DNA of 64,000 bases from Bryobacteraceae bacterium (GCA_035501755.1 DATJVN010000118.1:2424-66423), one strand, 5' to 3'. Counted from the first letter of the stretch, positions 27,818 to 38,210 are shown. A program made the numbers and translations. Notes: generated by a model not told the origin, from the letters alone.

Positions 27818-28948
27818 ATGTATGCCTGCATCCATTCCGATGACGCGGGAGAGCTGGCGCGGTCGTTTTCTCCGTTCGTGGAGATGATCGACGCGCGCAC
27901 GGCTGTTTTTTCGATCACTGCGCGGCAGATCACGGCGATCCGACGGCTGAAGCGTGCCGCGATCGCCTCGACCATCGATGCCGCGGTACTGGCCGCGCGG
28001 CACTTTGATGGATTTACGACCATCGCTCCTGGCGATGAGTCGCGCGTGCTGGGCACGCTGTCAATCGATGCGCTGCCGCCCGATCCGGAAATTTTCGAGA
28101 CGCTGGAAATGTGGGGTATCCGAACGCTCGCCGATCTGGCGCGACTGCCGGAAAACGGAATCGTGGAGAGGCTGGGCGAGCGTGGGCTGCGGCAGTATCG
28201 CCTGGCTCGCGGCGCGCTCGACCGGCCGCTCCAACCCGAACCCATTGAAGTTACCTACGAAGAGTGTGCCGAGTTCGACCATCCGCTGGAGCTCGCCGAG
28301 CCGGTGCTGCTGGTGATCGGGCGATTTTTGAACGAGTTGTGCGGGCGGCTGGATCGCCGGTCGGTTTCGGCGGGGGCGTTGAATCTGATGTTGAACCGTA
28401 CGGAGCGCACGCTGCGGCTTCCCTTCCCCACGCGCGATTCGAAATTTTTATTGAAGCTGGTGCAGCACGATCTCGAAGCGCACAAACCGGATGCGCCGGT
28501 CGAAAAAATCCGGGTTGCCATTGTTCCGGCCGAATCCAGGCGCGTGCAGCACGATCTGTTCGAGCCGTCGGCGCCGGAGCCGGAAAAGCTGGAGCTGACG
28601 CTCGGAAAGATTCGCGCGCTGGTGGGCGAGAGAAATGTGAAAACGCCGGAGCTGCGCGACACGCACCGTCCGGGGTGGTCGGTTTCAGACATGCGCCTGG
28701 CGTTCCGCTATTTCCGGCCGCCGATGGAGGCGCGCGTGGAGACCGAAGGCGGCGTTCCGAAACAGATTTCGACCCGCGTGTTTCGCGGAAAAATCGCCCA
28801 AACCGCGGGGCCGTGGCGGTCGAGCGGGGATTGGTGGAGAGAAGACGCGTGGAATCGCGACGAGTGGGACATCGCGGTGGCCGATGGCGCGCTGTACCGC
28901 ATTTATCGCGCCCCGGCGGGGTGGTTCGTGGAAGGAATTTATGACTGA
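27818..28948 (+). CDS. imuB: ImuB (Y-family polymerase-like, catalytically inactive type)
   Basis: MYACIH... N-terminus typical of ImuB, Y-family-like fold pattern, and position between imuA and dnaE2. Confidence 0.75.
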   Translation: MYACIHSDDAGELARSFSPFVEMIDARTAVFSITARQITAIRRLKRAAIASTIDAAVLAARHFDGFTTIAPGDESRVLGTLSIDALPPDPEIFETLEMWGIRTLADLARLPENGIVERLGERGLRQYRLARGALDRPLQPEPIEVTYEECAEFDHPLELAEPVLLVIGRFLNELCGRLDRRSVSAGALNLMLNRTERTLRLPFPTRDSKFLLKLVQHDLEAHKPDAPVEKIRVAIVPAESRRVQHDLFEPSAPEPEKLELTLGKIRALVGERNVKTPELRDTHRPGWSVSDMRLAFRYFRPPMEARVETEGGVPKQISTRVFRGKIAQTAGPWRSSGDWWREDAWNRDEWDIAVADGALYRIYRAPAGWFVEGIYD

Positions 28949-28949
28949 T

Positions 28950-29001
28950 AGCCGCGAATGAACGCAAAAGTTGGCGTGAATGAACGTGAGCGAACGTGAA
29001 T
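28950..29001. repeat. REP-like repeat, half element (3 degenerate GAATGAACG units)
   Basis: AGCCGCGAATGAACGCAAAAGTTGGCGTGAATGAACGTGAGCGAACGTGAATT. The first 20 nt match the left arm of the 55106 palindrome at 18/20. Contains the GTG start of dnaE2 (28996). Confidence 0.55.
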
Positions 29002-32000
29002 TATGTAGAGTTTCATGCCCGGTCCGCTTTTAGCTTCCTGGAAGCGGCTTCGCTACCCGAGGATCTGGTCCAGCGTTGCGCCGACCTGGGGCACGCGGCG
29101 GTCGCGCTGATGGATCGCGACAATCTGTGCGGCGCGCCGCGGTTTTATATGGCCGCGAAAAAGCTGGGGATGAAAGCGCATCTGGGCGCGGAGATCACCG
29201 GAACTGACGGCGATTTTTATCCCCTGCTCGCGGAAAATCGTACGGGGTATCAGAACCTGTGCCGGCTGATCACCTCCATGAAATTGCGCGCTCCCAAAGG
29301 CGAAGCCGCGGCGTCATTTGGGGAGCTGCGCGAATTTTCCGAAGGGCTGGTGTGTCTGACTGGCGAGGGTCCGCCAGTGCGTGCGCGATTTGAAAAACTG
29401 GTGAATCTTTTCGGGAGTCGCAACGTTTATGCCGAGCTTCAGCGCCACTTTCATCGCGACGAAGAGGCTCGCAATCAGGCCGTGATCGAGCTGGCGCGAT
29501 CGATGAAGCTGCCCATCCTCGCCACCAACGGCGTGCGCCACGCGACGCCGGAGGAGCGCGAGCTGTTCGACGCGCTCACCGCGGTCCGGCATAAGACTAC
29601 CGTGATGGAAGCGGGAAAATTTCTGGCGCGAAATTCGGAGCGGCACGTCAAAACTCCGCGCAAAATGGAGCGGCTGTTCGGCGATGTTCCCGAAGCCATC
29701 GCGGAAACGGCGGAGCTGTCGCGGCGGCTCGATTTCACGCTCGCCGATCTGGGCTATGAATTTCCCAAATATCCCGTCCCGCCGGATGAAACCATCCATT
29801 CCTTCCTGCGCAAGCGGACCGAGGAAGGCGCGCGCCGGCGCTACGTGCCTTATCACGACAAAGCGCGCGCGCAGATCGAAAAAGAACTCGCGCTCATCGA
29901 AAAATTGAATTTGGGCGGATATTTTCTGATCGTCTGGGACCTGGTCGAGTTCTGCCGGCGCGAAGGAATCCTGGTGCAGGGCCGCGGATCGGCGGCTAAC
30001 AGCGCGGTGTGTTATTCGCTGGGGATCACGGCCGTGGATCCCGTCGCGATGGATCTGCTGTTCGAGCGCTTTTTATCCGAGGAGCGCGGCGAATGGCCGG
30101 ATATCGACCTCGACCTGCCCAGCGGCGATCAGCGCGAGCGCGTGATTCAGTATGTGTATCAGCGCTACGGCCAGCGCGGCGCCGCGATGACCGCCAACGT
30201 GATCACCTATCGCGGCCGGAGCGCGGCGCGCGATATCGGCAAGGCGCTGGGCTTCGACGAAGCATCGCTTTCGCGCCTCTCTTCGCTGGTGGCGACGTGG
30301 GGATGGAAAGATCCGCGCGATACAGCCGTAAACCAGTTCACGCAGGCTGGCTTTGATTTAAACCATCAGCGCATCAAACGTTTTTTGGATTTATATGTCG
30401 CCGTGCAGAATCTGCCGCGGCATCTCGGCCAGCATTCCGGCGGCATGGTGATCTGCCAGGGGCAGCTCGATGCCGTAGTGCCGCTCGAACCGGCGACCAT
30501 GCCGGGCCGCGTGGTCATTCAATGGGACAAAGATGATTGCGCCGATCTCGGCCTGATCAAAGTGGATCTGCTGGGGCTGGGAATGATGGCGGTGCTCGAG
30601 GAATCTCTCCAATTGATTCGGGAGCATTACCGCGAAGAGGTCGACCTGGCGCATCTTCCGCAGGACGACTCCGCGGTTTACCAGGCATTGCAGCGCGCCG
30701 ACACCATCGGCATGTTTCAGGTGGAAAGCCGCGCGCAGATGTCCTGCCTGCCGCGGCTGAAGCCCAAAAAATTCTACGACATTGTTGTTCAGGTGGCGAT
30801 TATCCGGCCCGGCCCGATCGTTGGCAAGATGATGCATCCATATTTAAACCGCCGGCAGGGGTTCGAGGAAGCCGCGTGCTTGCATCCGTCGCTCGAAAGC
30901 GTTTTAAAGCGAACGCTCGGCGTGCCGCTGTTTCAGGAGCAGCTATTGCGCATCGCCATGATCGCGGCGGACTTCACGGGCGGGGAAGCGGAGGAATTGC
31001 GGCGCGCCATGGGATTCAAGCGCTCGGAGGCGCGCATGCGGGAGATCGAGGGACGGCTGCGCTCGGGGATGACGGCGAACGGAATTGTCGGCGACACGCA
31101 GGATCGCATCGTGCAATCGATCACCTCGTTCGCGCTGTACGGGTTTCCGGAATCGCACGCGGCGAGCTTCGCGCTGATCGCCTATTCGAGCGCGTATCTC
31201 AAATGCCATTACCTGGCTGCGTTCACTGCGGCGATCCTGAATCAGCAGCCCATGGGTTTTTATCATCCCGCGACGCTGGTGAAGGACGCGCAGCGCCACG
31301 GATTGCATTTTCGTCCGGTGGACGTAATGCACTCGCAGTGGAACTGCACCATCGAAGACTGTTCGGGTGAAAAGGGGGACAGACTACTCTGTCCCCAGAC
31401 GCACATTGCCGATTCCCCGATGCACGGTCGGAGTGGACAGAGCTGTCTGTCCCCTTTTTCACAGAGACGCGAAGCGCTCGAGCTGCGCCTCGGATTCAGC
31501 TACGTGCGCGGATTACGGCGCGAGCCGGCGGATGCGATCGTCGAGCGGCGGCCTTTTTCTTCGATCGACGATCTCGCAGCTCGCGTTCCGGAACTGCGCA
31601 AGGATGAACTGCGGATGCTGGCGGAAATCGGCGCGTTGAACGGCCTGGCATCGGGTCATCGGCGCGACGCGCTGTGGCAATCCGAACGCGCCGTTCGCCC
31701 GGCGGGTCCGCTACTCGATCAGGATTCTGTGCCACAAGTCTCTCCGCTCGTCATGATGACCGCGCCCGAGCGCATCCGCGCCGATTTCTACGGCACCGGT
31801 CTCACCATCGGCTCGCATCCCATGCGGCTGTATCGCGAGAAGCTGCGCGCTCTGGGAATTTTGTCCTCGGCCGATTTGCAACGCGTGCCGCATGGTCGCC
31901 TGGTGCGCGTGGCAGGATGCGTCATCTGCCGCCAGCGCCCCGGAACGGCCAATGGATTCCTTTTCTTAAGCCTCGAAGATGAAACCGGCATCACCAACGC

Positions 32001-32172
32001 GATCGTCGAGCCGGAAAAATTCGACTGCCATCGCGAAACGCTGGTACGCGCTCCGTACCTGATCGTCGAAGGGATTGTACAAAACCAGCAGGGCGCGATT
32101 TCCCTCAAGCTGCGCGATGTGGAGCCGCTCGCGCTCGACGTAATCGCTGTCCCGTCGCACGATTTCAGTTGA
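28996..32172 (+). CDS. dnaE2: Error-prone DNA polymerase III alpha-like subunit DnaE2
   Basis: 1058 aa. PHP domain start NYVEFHARSAFSFLEAASLPEDL, polymerase core (GRGSAANSAVCY, DIDLD, FQVESR), and a C-terminal OB fold. Third gene of the imuA-imuB-dnaE2 cassette. Confidence 0.92.
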   Translation: MNYVEFHARSAFSFLEAASLPEDLVQRCADLGHAAVALMDRDNLCGAPRFYMAAKKLGMKAHLGAEITGTDGDFYPLLAENRTGYQNLCRLITSMKLRAPKGEAAASFGELREFSEGLVCLTGEGPPVRARFEKLVNLFGSRNVYAELQRHFHRDEEARNQAVIELARSMKLPILATNGVRHATPEERELFDALTAVRHKTTVMEAGKFLARNSERHVKTPRKMERLFGDVPEAIAETAELSRRLDFTLADLGYEFPKYPVPPDETIHSFLRKRTEEGARRRYVPYHDKARAQIEKELALIEKLNLGGYFLIVWDLVEFCRREGILVQGRGSAANSAVCYSLGITAVDPVAMDLLFERFLSEERGEWPDIDLDLPSGDQRERVIQYVYQRYGQRGAAMTANVITYRGRSAARDIGKALGFDEASLSRLSSLVATWGWKDPRDTAVNQFTQAGFDLNHQRIKRFLDLYVAVQNLPRHLGQHSGGMVICQGQLDAVVPLEPATMPGRVVIQWDKDDCADLGLIKVDLLGLGMMAVLEESLQLIREHYREEVDLAHLPQDDSAVYQALQRADTIGMFQVESRAQMSCLPRLKPKKFYDIVVQVAIIRPGPIVGKMMHPYLNRRQGFEEAACLHPSLESVLKRTLGVPLFQEQLLRIAMIAADFTGGEAEELRRAMGFKRSEARMREIEGRLRSGMTANGIVGDTQDRIVQSITSFALYGFPESHAASFALIAYSSAYLKCHYLAAFTAAILNQQPMGFYHPATLVKDAQRHGLHFRPVDVMHSQWNCTIEDCSGEKGDRLLCPQTHIADSPMHGRSGQSCLSPFSQRREALELRLGFSYVRGLRREPADAIVERRPFSSIDDLAARVPELRKDELRMLAEIGALNGLASGHRRDALWQSERAVRPAGPLLDQDSVPQVSPLVMMTAPERIRADFYGTGLTIGSHPMRLYREKLRALGILSSADLQRVPHGRLVRVAGCVICRQRPGTANGFLFLSLEDETGITNAIVEPEKFDCHRETLVRAPYLIVEGIVQNQQGAISLKLRDVEPLALDVIAVPSHDFS
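31367..31462. mobile_element. 96-nt nested-palindrome (MITE-like) element inserted in frame in dnaE2
   Basis: Terminal inverted repeats GTGAAAAGGGGGACAGA (31367-31383) and TCTGTCCCCTTTTTCAC (31446-31462) match at 16/17. Each end is itself a hairpin (GGGGACAGA-CTAC-TCTGTCCCC; GGACAGA-GCTG-TCTGTCC). Length 96 = 32 codons. Confidence 0.6.
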
Positions 32173-32264
32173 TGCATCATGAAGTCGTGTCAGAGAAGAT
32201 TCTATACATGAGGGCGATCTGAAACGGATATTTCAAAACCAGTGATGTTATCCTCCAAGAAAGC

Positions 32265-34826
32265 ATGCGGCCGATTCTTGTTCTCATCCCGCTCGCCGCT
32301 CTGAACGCTCAAGTACATACACCTGATTTCAACTCCAATGCGGCCGCCGCTTATGAATCCCTTTTGCGGCTGCGCACCACCGCGACCGTACTGCACATCA
32401 CCGCCCATCCCGACGATGAGGACGGCTCGCTGCTCACCTGGCTCGCCCGGGCGCAGGGGGTTCGCACGGGACTGCTAACGCTCACGCGAGGAGAAGGCGG
32501 CGCGAATCTCATCGGGCCGGAATTGTTCGACGCGCTCGGCCTGCTGCGCACGGAGGAACTGCTGGCCGCCGATGGCTATTACGGCGTCGATCAATTCTTC
32601 ACCCGCGCTGCCGATTTCGGATTTTCCAAGCGCGTGGATGAGACTTTCGACCATTGGGACAAGGAAATCGTCCTGCGCGACTGCGTGCGCGTCGTGCGCC
32701 TGTACCGGCCCGACGTCATCATCTCGCGCTTCGCGGGAGACCCTCGCGACGGCCACGGGAATCACCAGGCCGCCGGGGTACTCAGCGCGGAAGTGTTCCA
32801 AGCCGCGGCCGATCCCAATCTTTTCCCGGAACAGTTTCGCGAAGGCCTGCGACCCTGGGCGGTGAAGAAGTTGTATCGCAGCACCCGGCCCGCCGACGCC
32901 GGTGCGCTTCGCGTGGACACCGGCGTTTACGACCCGCAAATCGGAATGTCCTACGCGCAGATCGCCGCGGCCGGATTGCGGCTTCAGCGCTCTCAAGGAG
33001 CCGGGCGCCGCGTTCTGCCTGGTCCCGCGATCTCCGCGCTGGCGCTTATTGCGACCGCTGCGGGCGGAAAGCCCGCGCAGGAATCCACCATCTTCGACGG
33101 TCTGGACACGACGCTGCGCGGCCTGGCCGAGCTTGCGCCGGCGCTGCATCTCGATCCCGCCCTGGCGGAAATTGAAAAGGACGTCACGCGCGCGATCGAA
33201 GAGTTCGACGCGCGCGATCCGTCGCGCGTGCTGGAGCCGCACATCGTTCCCGCGCTGCGCAATCTGCGTGCGGTCATCCGCAACGTCAGCGATTCGCAAG
33301 TGGATCCCGATCTGAAATACGATCTCCTCTTCCGCCTGCGCAACAAAGAAGACGAGTTCATGCGCGCGGGCAACCTGTTGGCGGCCATCTCGCTCGAAGT
33401 CGCGGCCGCGACGACAGGACAGGTGATTCCGGGCGAGAAATTCGCTATCACGTCCACCATCACCAACCGCTCGCTCACGCGGATCGAGAACGTCGAGCTG
33501 GGCTTGAGCGTCCGCGGCGGGATCGAGTTTTCCTCCAAGCCCGGCCAGTGCGACGTGCTTGGCGATAACCAGCGCTGCGCGCAGCAGTTCGAAGTCGCCA
33601 TCCGCGACGACGCAACGTACACGCGCCCGTATTTTTCGCGCAAGGATCCGTATCGTGATGACGTCTATCAAATCGACGCTCCGCAATATGCCAACCTGCC
33701 CTTCGCGCCTTCGGAAATCACCGGCACGGCGACGTATAGCGTAGCCGGGGTGCGCTTCAACATTACGCGGCCAGCGCGGAACGCCGATCTGCGGCCCGTG
33801 TCGATCGCGCCCGCCGTCAGTGTCGCACTCGCGCCGCGCGCGAGCATCATGCCGGTGTCGCGCCGGCCGGTTTCGACCGAAGCGCAGGCCGAAATCTTCA
33901 GCAACGTCGAAGGACCGGCGGATGTGAAAGTCCGCCTGGAGCTTCCCCAAGGGTGGACGTCGAATCCGGCGGAGGCGCAAATCCATTTCACGCACGCGGG
34001 CGAGGTTCAGGACGCGGGATTTCGCGTCACGGCGCCGCAGATCGCCGCGCGGCGCTACGAATTGAAAGCGGTCGCCGAGTACGCGGGCCGGGAGTACCGC
34101 GAAGGCTATGAGACCATCGCGCACCCGGATCTGGAGCCGCGCGAGCTCTATCGCGCCGCCCAGTCTGCCCGCACCGGTGTCGACGTACGCGTCGCGCCGA
34201 ATCTCAAAATCGGCTACATCATGGGAACCGGCGACCAGGTCCCGGCCGCGCTGGATGCGCTGGGTATCAAGACGCAGCTTCTTTCCCCTGAAGATCTCGC
34301 GAGAGAGAATCTGGCGCCGTTCGATGCGATCGTGGTGGGCATTCGCGCTTCCGCGGTTCGTCCTGACTATGCGGAGCACAACGTACGCCTGCTGGAGTAC
34401 GTGAAGAACGGCGGCAATCTGATCGTCGAATATCAGACGCCGGAGTTCGATGCGTTTCCCTACGGTCCGTATCCTTTCAAAATGGGCGCTCGCGCGGAGG
34501 AAGTCAGCGAAGAGGATGCGAAGGTTACGATTCTCGATCCGCTGAATCCGGTCTTCAACTCGCCCAACAAAATCACGGCGGCCGATTTCGAGGGTTGGGT
34601 GGAAGAGCGCGGCTCGAAGTTCATGACAGAGTGGGACGCCCGCTACAAACCGCTGGCCGAATCGCACGATCGCGACCAGGCGCCGCAGCGCGGCGGTTTT
34701 CTCGAGGCGCATTACGGAAAGGGCACGTTCACCTATGTCGCCTACGCCCTGTATCGCCAGTTGCCTGCCGGCGTTCCCGGAGCATATCGGCTGCTGGCGA
34801 ACCTGGTGAGTCGGGGAAAGAAATGA
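32265..34826 (+). CDS. PIG-L/LmbE family deacetylase with large C-terminal extension
   Basis: Signal-like N-terminus. LmbE motif LHITAHPDDEDGS and later HGNHQAAG. Long C-terminal region ending in a ThuA/DUF4159-like (GATase1-like) segment. Confidence 0.75.
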   Translation: MRPILVLIPLAALNAQVHTPDFNSNAAAAYESLLRLRTTATVLHITAHPDDEDGSLLTWLARAQGVRTGLLTLTRGEGGANLIGPELFDALGLLRTEELLAADGYYGVDQFFTRAADFGFSKRVDETFDHWDKEIVLRDCVRVVRLYRPDVIISRFAGDPRDGHGNHQAAGVLSAEVFQAAADPNLFPEQFREGLRPWAVKKLYRSTRPADAGALRVDTGVYDPQIGMSYAQIAAAGLRLQRSQGAGRRVLPGPAISALALIATAAGGKPAQESTIFDGLDTTLRGLAELAPALHLDPALAEIEKDVTRAIEEFDARDPSRVLEPHIVPALRNLRAVIRNVSDSQVDPDLKYDLLFRLRNKEDEFMRAGNLLAAISLEVAAATTGQVIPGEKFAITSTITNRSLTRIENVELGLSVRGGIEFSSKPGQCDVLGDNQRCAQQFEVAIRDDATYTRPYFSRKDPYRDDVYQIDAPQYANLPFAPSEITGTATYSVAGVRFNITRPARNADLRPVSIAPAVSVALAPRASIMPVSRRPVSTEAQAEIFSNVEGPADVKVRLELPQGWTSNPAEAQIHFTHAGEVQDAGFRVTAPQIAARRYELKAVAEYAGREYREGYETIAHPDLEPRELYRAAQSARTGVDVRVAPNLKIGYIMGTGDQVPAALDALGIKTQLLSPEDLARENLAPFDAIVVGIRASAVRPDYAEHNVRLLEYVKNGGNLIVEYQTPEFDAFPYGPYPFKMGARAEEVSEEDAKVTILDPLNPVFNSPNKITAADFEGWVEERGSKFMTEWDARYKPLAESHDRDQAPQRGGFLEAHYGKGTFTYVAYALYRQLPAGVPGAYRLLANLVSRGKK

Positions 34827-35900
34827 TTGGCGGCTGAAAGAATTTCCGCGGCGCGCGCGGTTGCGTTTCGGGTGCTCGAGCGGGTTCACTCCGGCGGATT
34901 CGCGTCCGATTTGCTGCGACAGGAATCACGCGATCTCGATCCCCGCGACGCTGCGCTGGCGGAGACGATCGTGATGGGCTCGCTGCGCTATCAGTCCCAG
35001 CTTGACTTCCTGATCGCCCATTATTCCGGCCGCAGCCAGCGCCTCGATCCGGAAGTTCGCATCGCGCTGCGCATGGGAATCTATCAGGTCCGCTATCTCG
35101 ACCGGATTCCCGCGCATGCCGCGGTTGCCGAATCGGTCGAGCTGGTCAAACGCGCGCGCAAGCGATCCGCTGCATCGCTGGTCAATGCGGTCCTGCGAAA
35201 AGTGGATCGCGAAGCCGTCGACTGGCCGGACCGGGCCACCGCGCTGAGCATTCCGCCGTGGATGCTCGAACGCTGGGGCCGGCGCTATGGCGCGGAGGCG
35301 GCGGAAAAGATCGCCGGCGCGGCGCTCCAGGAGCCGGAAGCCTTCGTGAATCCTGCGACCGGCCGAATGCAGGACATCGGCGCGCAGTCCATTGTTCCGC
35401 TGCTCGCGATCGAACCCGGCATGACCGTTCTCGATCTCTGCGCCGCGCCCGGAAACAAGACGGCGCAGGCGATCGCGGCCGGAGCTCGCGTGATCGCCTG
35501 CGATATCTCGCTCGCGCGGCTCGCCTCGGTGCCCGGCGATCGCCTGGTCCTTGATGCCGCCGAAGCGCTTCCGTTCGGCGCAAAGTTCGATCGGATTCTG
35601 ATTGACGCGCCGTGCTCCGGCACGGGCACGCTGGCGCGGAACCCCGAGATCAAATGGCGCCTGAAGCCGGAGGATCTCGCCGATTTTCAGTCGCGGCAGC
35701 GAAAAATTCTGGGGCGGGCGCTCGAGTTTCTGAGCCCCAGCGGCCTGCTCGTCTACGCGACGTGTTCGCTCGAACCCGAGGAAAACGAAGAGGTCGTTGC
35801 AGCGTATTCGCCTCGCAAAACCCACCTGCGTCTGCCCGGCCGCGACCCTGGTGACGGCTTCTTCGCGGCGGTGATCAGGAAAGGCGGCCGATCCGCATGA
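34827..35900 (+). CDS. RsmB/NOP-family rRNA cytosine-C5 methyltransferase (NusB-like N-terminus)
   Basis: TTG start directly after the upstream stop. DLCAAPGNKT (SAM motif I), IDAPCSGTGTLARNPEIKWR and YATCSLEPEENE catalytic-Cys motifs. Confidence 0.8.
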   Translation: MAAERISAARAVAFRVLERVHSGGFASDLLRQESRDLDPRDAALAETIVMGSLRYQSQLDFLIAHYSGRSQRLDPEVRIALRMGIYQVRYLDRIPAHAAVAESVELVKRARKRSAASLVNAVLRKVDREAVDWPDRATALSIPPWMLERWGRRYGAEAAEKIAGAALQEPEAFVNPATGRMQDIGAQSIVPLLAIEPGMTVLDLCAAPGNKTAQAIAAGARVIACDISLARLASVPGDRLVLDAAEALPFGAKFDRILIDAPCSGTGTLARNPEIKWRLKPEDLADFQSRQRKILGRALEFLSPSGLLVYATCSLEPEENEEVVAAYSPRKTHLRLPGRDPGDGFFAAVIRKGGRSA

Positions 35901-35921
35901 TATGCTCGCGAGTAGGGACGT

Positions 35922-36776
35922 ATGCGGCTGCTGTCATCCTGGTACAAGTTGGGCGTCGGCGTCGCGTTCCTCACCACCCTCTACGCCTTCCAGAAACCGT
36001 TTCGGGTTTACGAGAGCATGGAGGCGTACGATGACATTCCGCTGCCGCCCGATTATCGCGAACCGTCGGAGTGGGTGGAAGCGCGCCTGATGTATCCTCC
36101 GCATCCGCAGGCGCGATTCACCCGCATGTTCCGATGGGGCGCTCCCCGCGATTGGGCGCACGAGGGCGGAACGAGCTGGACGCAGGATTACCCGCGCGCG
36201 GACCGGCACTTCGCCATGGCCGTGCGGCGGCTCACGCGGATCAACGTTCGCTCCGTTGAGCAACCCGTCAATCTGGACGATGGAGACGACGTGTTCAATT
36301 GGCCCTGGCTGGTCGCGGGCGAGATGGGCGACTGGAAGCTCACGCAGGCCCAGGCCGACAAGCTGCGCGATTTTCTGCTGCGCGGTGGATTCCTGATGCT
36401 CGACGATTTCTGGGGGCCTGAGGAATATAACCGGTTTTACGAGAGCATGGCACGCGTTTTCCCGGATCGTCCGGTGGTCGACATCGACAACGCCGATCCC
36501 ATCTTTCACACGGTCTACGATCTCGACAAACGCTACCAGGTTCTTGGCGAGTGGGCTTTGCGCGGAGGCGGGTACATGAACTATCGCGCGGCGGGCACTA
36601 CGGCGCACTGGCTGGGCATTTACGACGATCACAAGCGCCTGATGGTGACGATCTCCTTCAACTCCGATATCGGCGATTCATGGGAGTGGGCCGACGATCC
36701 ATACTATCCGGAGAAATATTCCGCCCTGGGCATGCGCATCGGCGTGAACGACGTCGTCTACGCGATGACGCATTAG
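35922..36776 (+). CDS. DUF4159 domain protein
   Basis: N-terminal TM, then WTQDYPRADRHF ... FNWPWLVAGEMGDWKLTQAQADKLRDFLLRGGFLMLDDFWG, as recalled for DUF4159. Confidence 0.6.
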   Translation: MRLLSSWYKLGVGVAFLTTLYAFQKPFRVYESMEAYDDIPLPPDYREPSEWVEARLMYPPHPQARFTRMFRWGAPRDWAHEGGTSWTQDYPRADRHFAMAVRRLTRINVRSVEQPVNLDDGDDVFNWPWLVAGEMGDWKLTQAQADKLRDFLLRGGFLMLDDFWGPEEYNRFYESMARVFPDRPVVDIDNADPIFHTVYDLDKRYQVLGEWALRGGGYMNYRAAGTTAHWLGIYDDHKRLMVTISFNSDIGDSWEWADDPYYPEKYSALGMRIGVNDVVYAMTH

Positions 36777-36814
36777 CGGGGACTGGGAACTGGGTACCGG
36801 GGATTGCGCATCGG

Positions 36815-38134
36815 TCACTTGCCGATACAGAACGTCGAAAAAATCCGGTTCAGAATATCGTCCGCGGTGGTTGCTCCCGTGATCGCGTCGAGCGGCCGCA
36901 GTGCGGAATACAAATCGAGCAGCAGCATCTCATGCGGAATCCCGGCCGAGGCCGCCCTCCGCGCCTGATCCAGAGCTTCGCGCGATTCTTTCAATAATTG
37001 TTCCTGGCGCAGGCTGGTGATGAATCCGCCCTCCTGCTCGATGCGCCCGCGCGGGGCAAGGGTATCGAGAATCGCGCGCCGCAGCCCGGCGATTCCTCCG
37101 CCGGTGAGCGCCGAAACCGGCATCGCCTCACTGTTGCGCACGCCGACGTCGCACTTGTTCCCCACGATCAGACGCCGGCCACGCACCCGGTCGATCAGTG
37201 TTTGATCGGCCGCGAGCGGGTCTTGTGAAACATCGATGACGATGAGCGTCAGGTCGGCGTCCGCCATCATGCGATAGCTGCGCTCGATTCCCAGGCTTTC
37301 CACCAGGTCCTGTCCCTCGCGTATTCCCGCGGTGTCGACGAATTTCACGGGAATGCCCTCAAGCGACGCTGTCTCGGAAACCAGATCGCGCGTGGTCCCG
37401 GGAATTTCCGTCACGATGGCGCGATCCTGTTCGAGCAGGCGGTTGAATAAACTGCTCTTGCCCACGTTGGGCCGTCCCACGATGGCCAGCGTGAATCCTT
37501 CGTGCACCAGTTTTCCGTAGGCGAAGCTCGCGATCAGGTCATTCAGCGCCGCGAAAACGGGATCCACGCGCCGCAGAATCTCCGCCGTGGGCGCGACGCT
37601 GATATCGTCTTCGGCGAAATCGATTCCGGCCTCGAGCAGCGCGATCAGCTCGAGCAGTTGATCCTTCACCGGCTTCAGCCGCCGCGAAACCGACCCCTCC
37701 GCCTGCTGCGCCGCGACCTTGGCCTGGTATAGCGTGGTCGCGTTTATCAGGTCGCGAATGGCTTCGGCGCGGGGCAGGTCGATGCGGCCATTGACGAAGG
37801 CGCGCAGCGTGAATTCGCCCGGCTCGGCCAGGCGCGCGCCGGCCGAGCAAGCCTGTTCGAGCGCGTGGCGCAACACCACCGGCGAGCCGTGACACGAAAT
37901 CTCGATCACGTCTTCCGCGGTGTAGGATTTCGGCGCCGCGAACCACGTCACCAGAACGCGCGGATCGGCGTCGGGCAGTTCCGCAAGCGTGGCGACGCGC
38001 GGCTGGACTTCGCCATGGATGCGAAGAATTTTGTGGGCGATGGCGCGCGCATCGGGTCCGGAAAGGCGAACGATCCCGATTCCTCCGCACCCTGGCGGCG
38101 TAGAGATCGCGGCGATAGTGTCCTTCAACTGCAT
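36815..38134 (-). CDS. mnmE: tRNA uridine-5-carboxymethylaminomethyl modification GTPase MnmE
   Basis: [12 protein letters not shown]-terminus, G-domain [12 protein letters not shown] / DTAGIR / NKCD, and the C-terminal FCIGK motif. Confidence 0.93.
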   Translation of the reverse strand: MQLKDTIAAISTPPGCGGIGIVRLSGPDARAIAHKILRIHGEVQPRVATLAELPDADPRVLVTWFAAPKSYTAEDVIEISCHGSPVVLRHALEQACSAGARLAEPGEFTLRAFVNGRIDLPRAEAIRDLINATTLYQAKVAAQQAEGSVSRRLKPVKDQLLELIALLEAGIDFAEDDISVAPTAEILRRVDPVFAALNDLIASFAYGKLVHEGFTLAIVGRPNVGKSSLFNRLLEQDRAIVTEIPGTTRDLVSETASLEGIPVKFVDTAGIREGQDLVESLGIERSYRMMADADLTLIVIDVSQDPLAADQTLIDRVRGRRLIVGNKCDVGVRNSEAMPVSALTGGGIAGLRRAILDTLAPRGRIEQEGGFITSLRQEQLLKESREALDQARRAASAGIPHEMLLLDLYSALRPLDAITGATTADDILNRIFSTFCIGK

Positions 38135-38141
38135 AACGATG

Positions 38142-38203
38142 GCCGCGAATAAACGCGGATGAACGCAATCACGAATTCGTGTTCATTTGCGTTCATTCGC
38201 GGC
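38142..38203. repeat. REP-like imperfect palindrome between jag and mnmE
   Basis: GCCGCGAATAAACGCGGATGAACGCAATCACGAATTC / GAATTCGTGTTCATTTGCGTTCATTCGCGGC, centred on GAATTC. Same family as 55106-55175. Confidence 0.7.
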
Positions 38204-38210
38204 TAAAGAT

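Noticed and set aside
32475-34889. 804-aa minus-strand ORF
   Set aside because: It is antisense to the PIG-L family gene. The sequence is Arg-rich and motif-free, so it is a shadow ORF.
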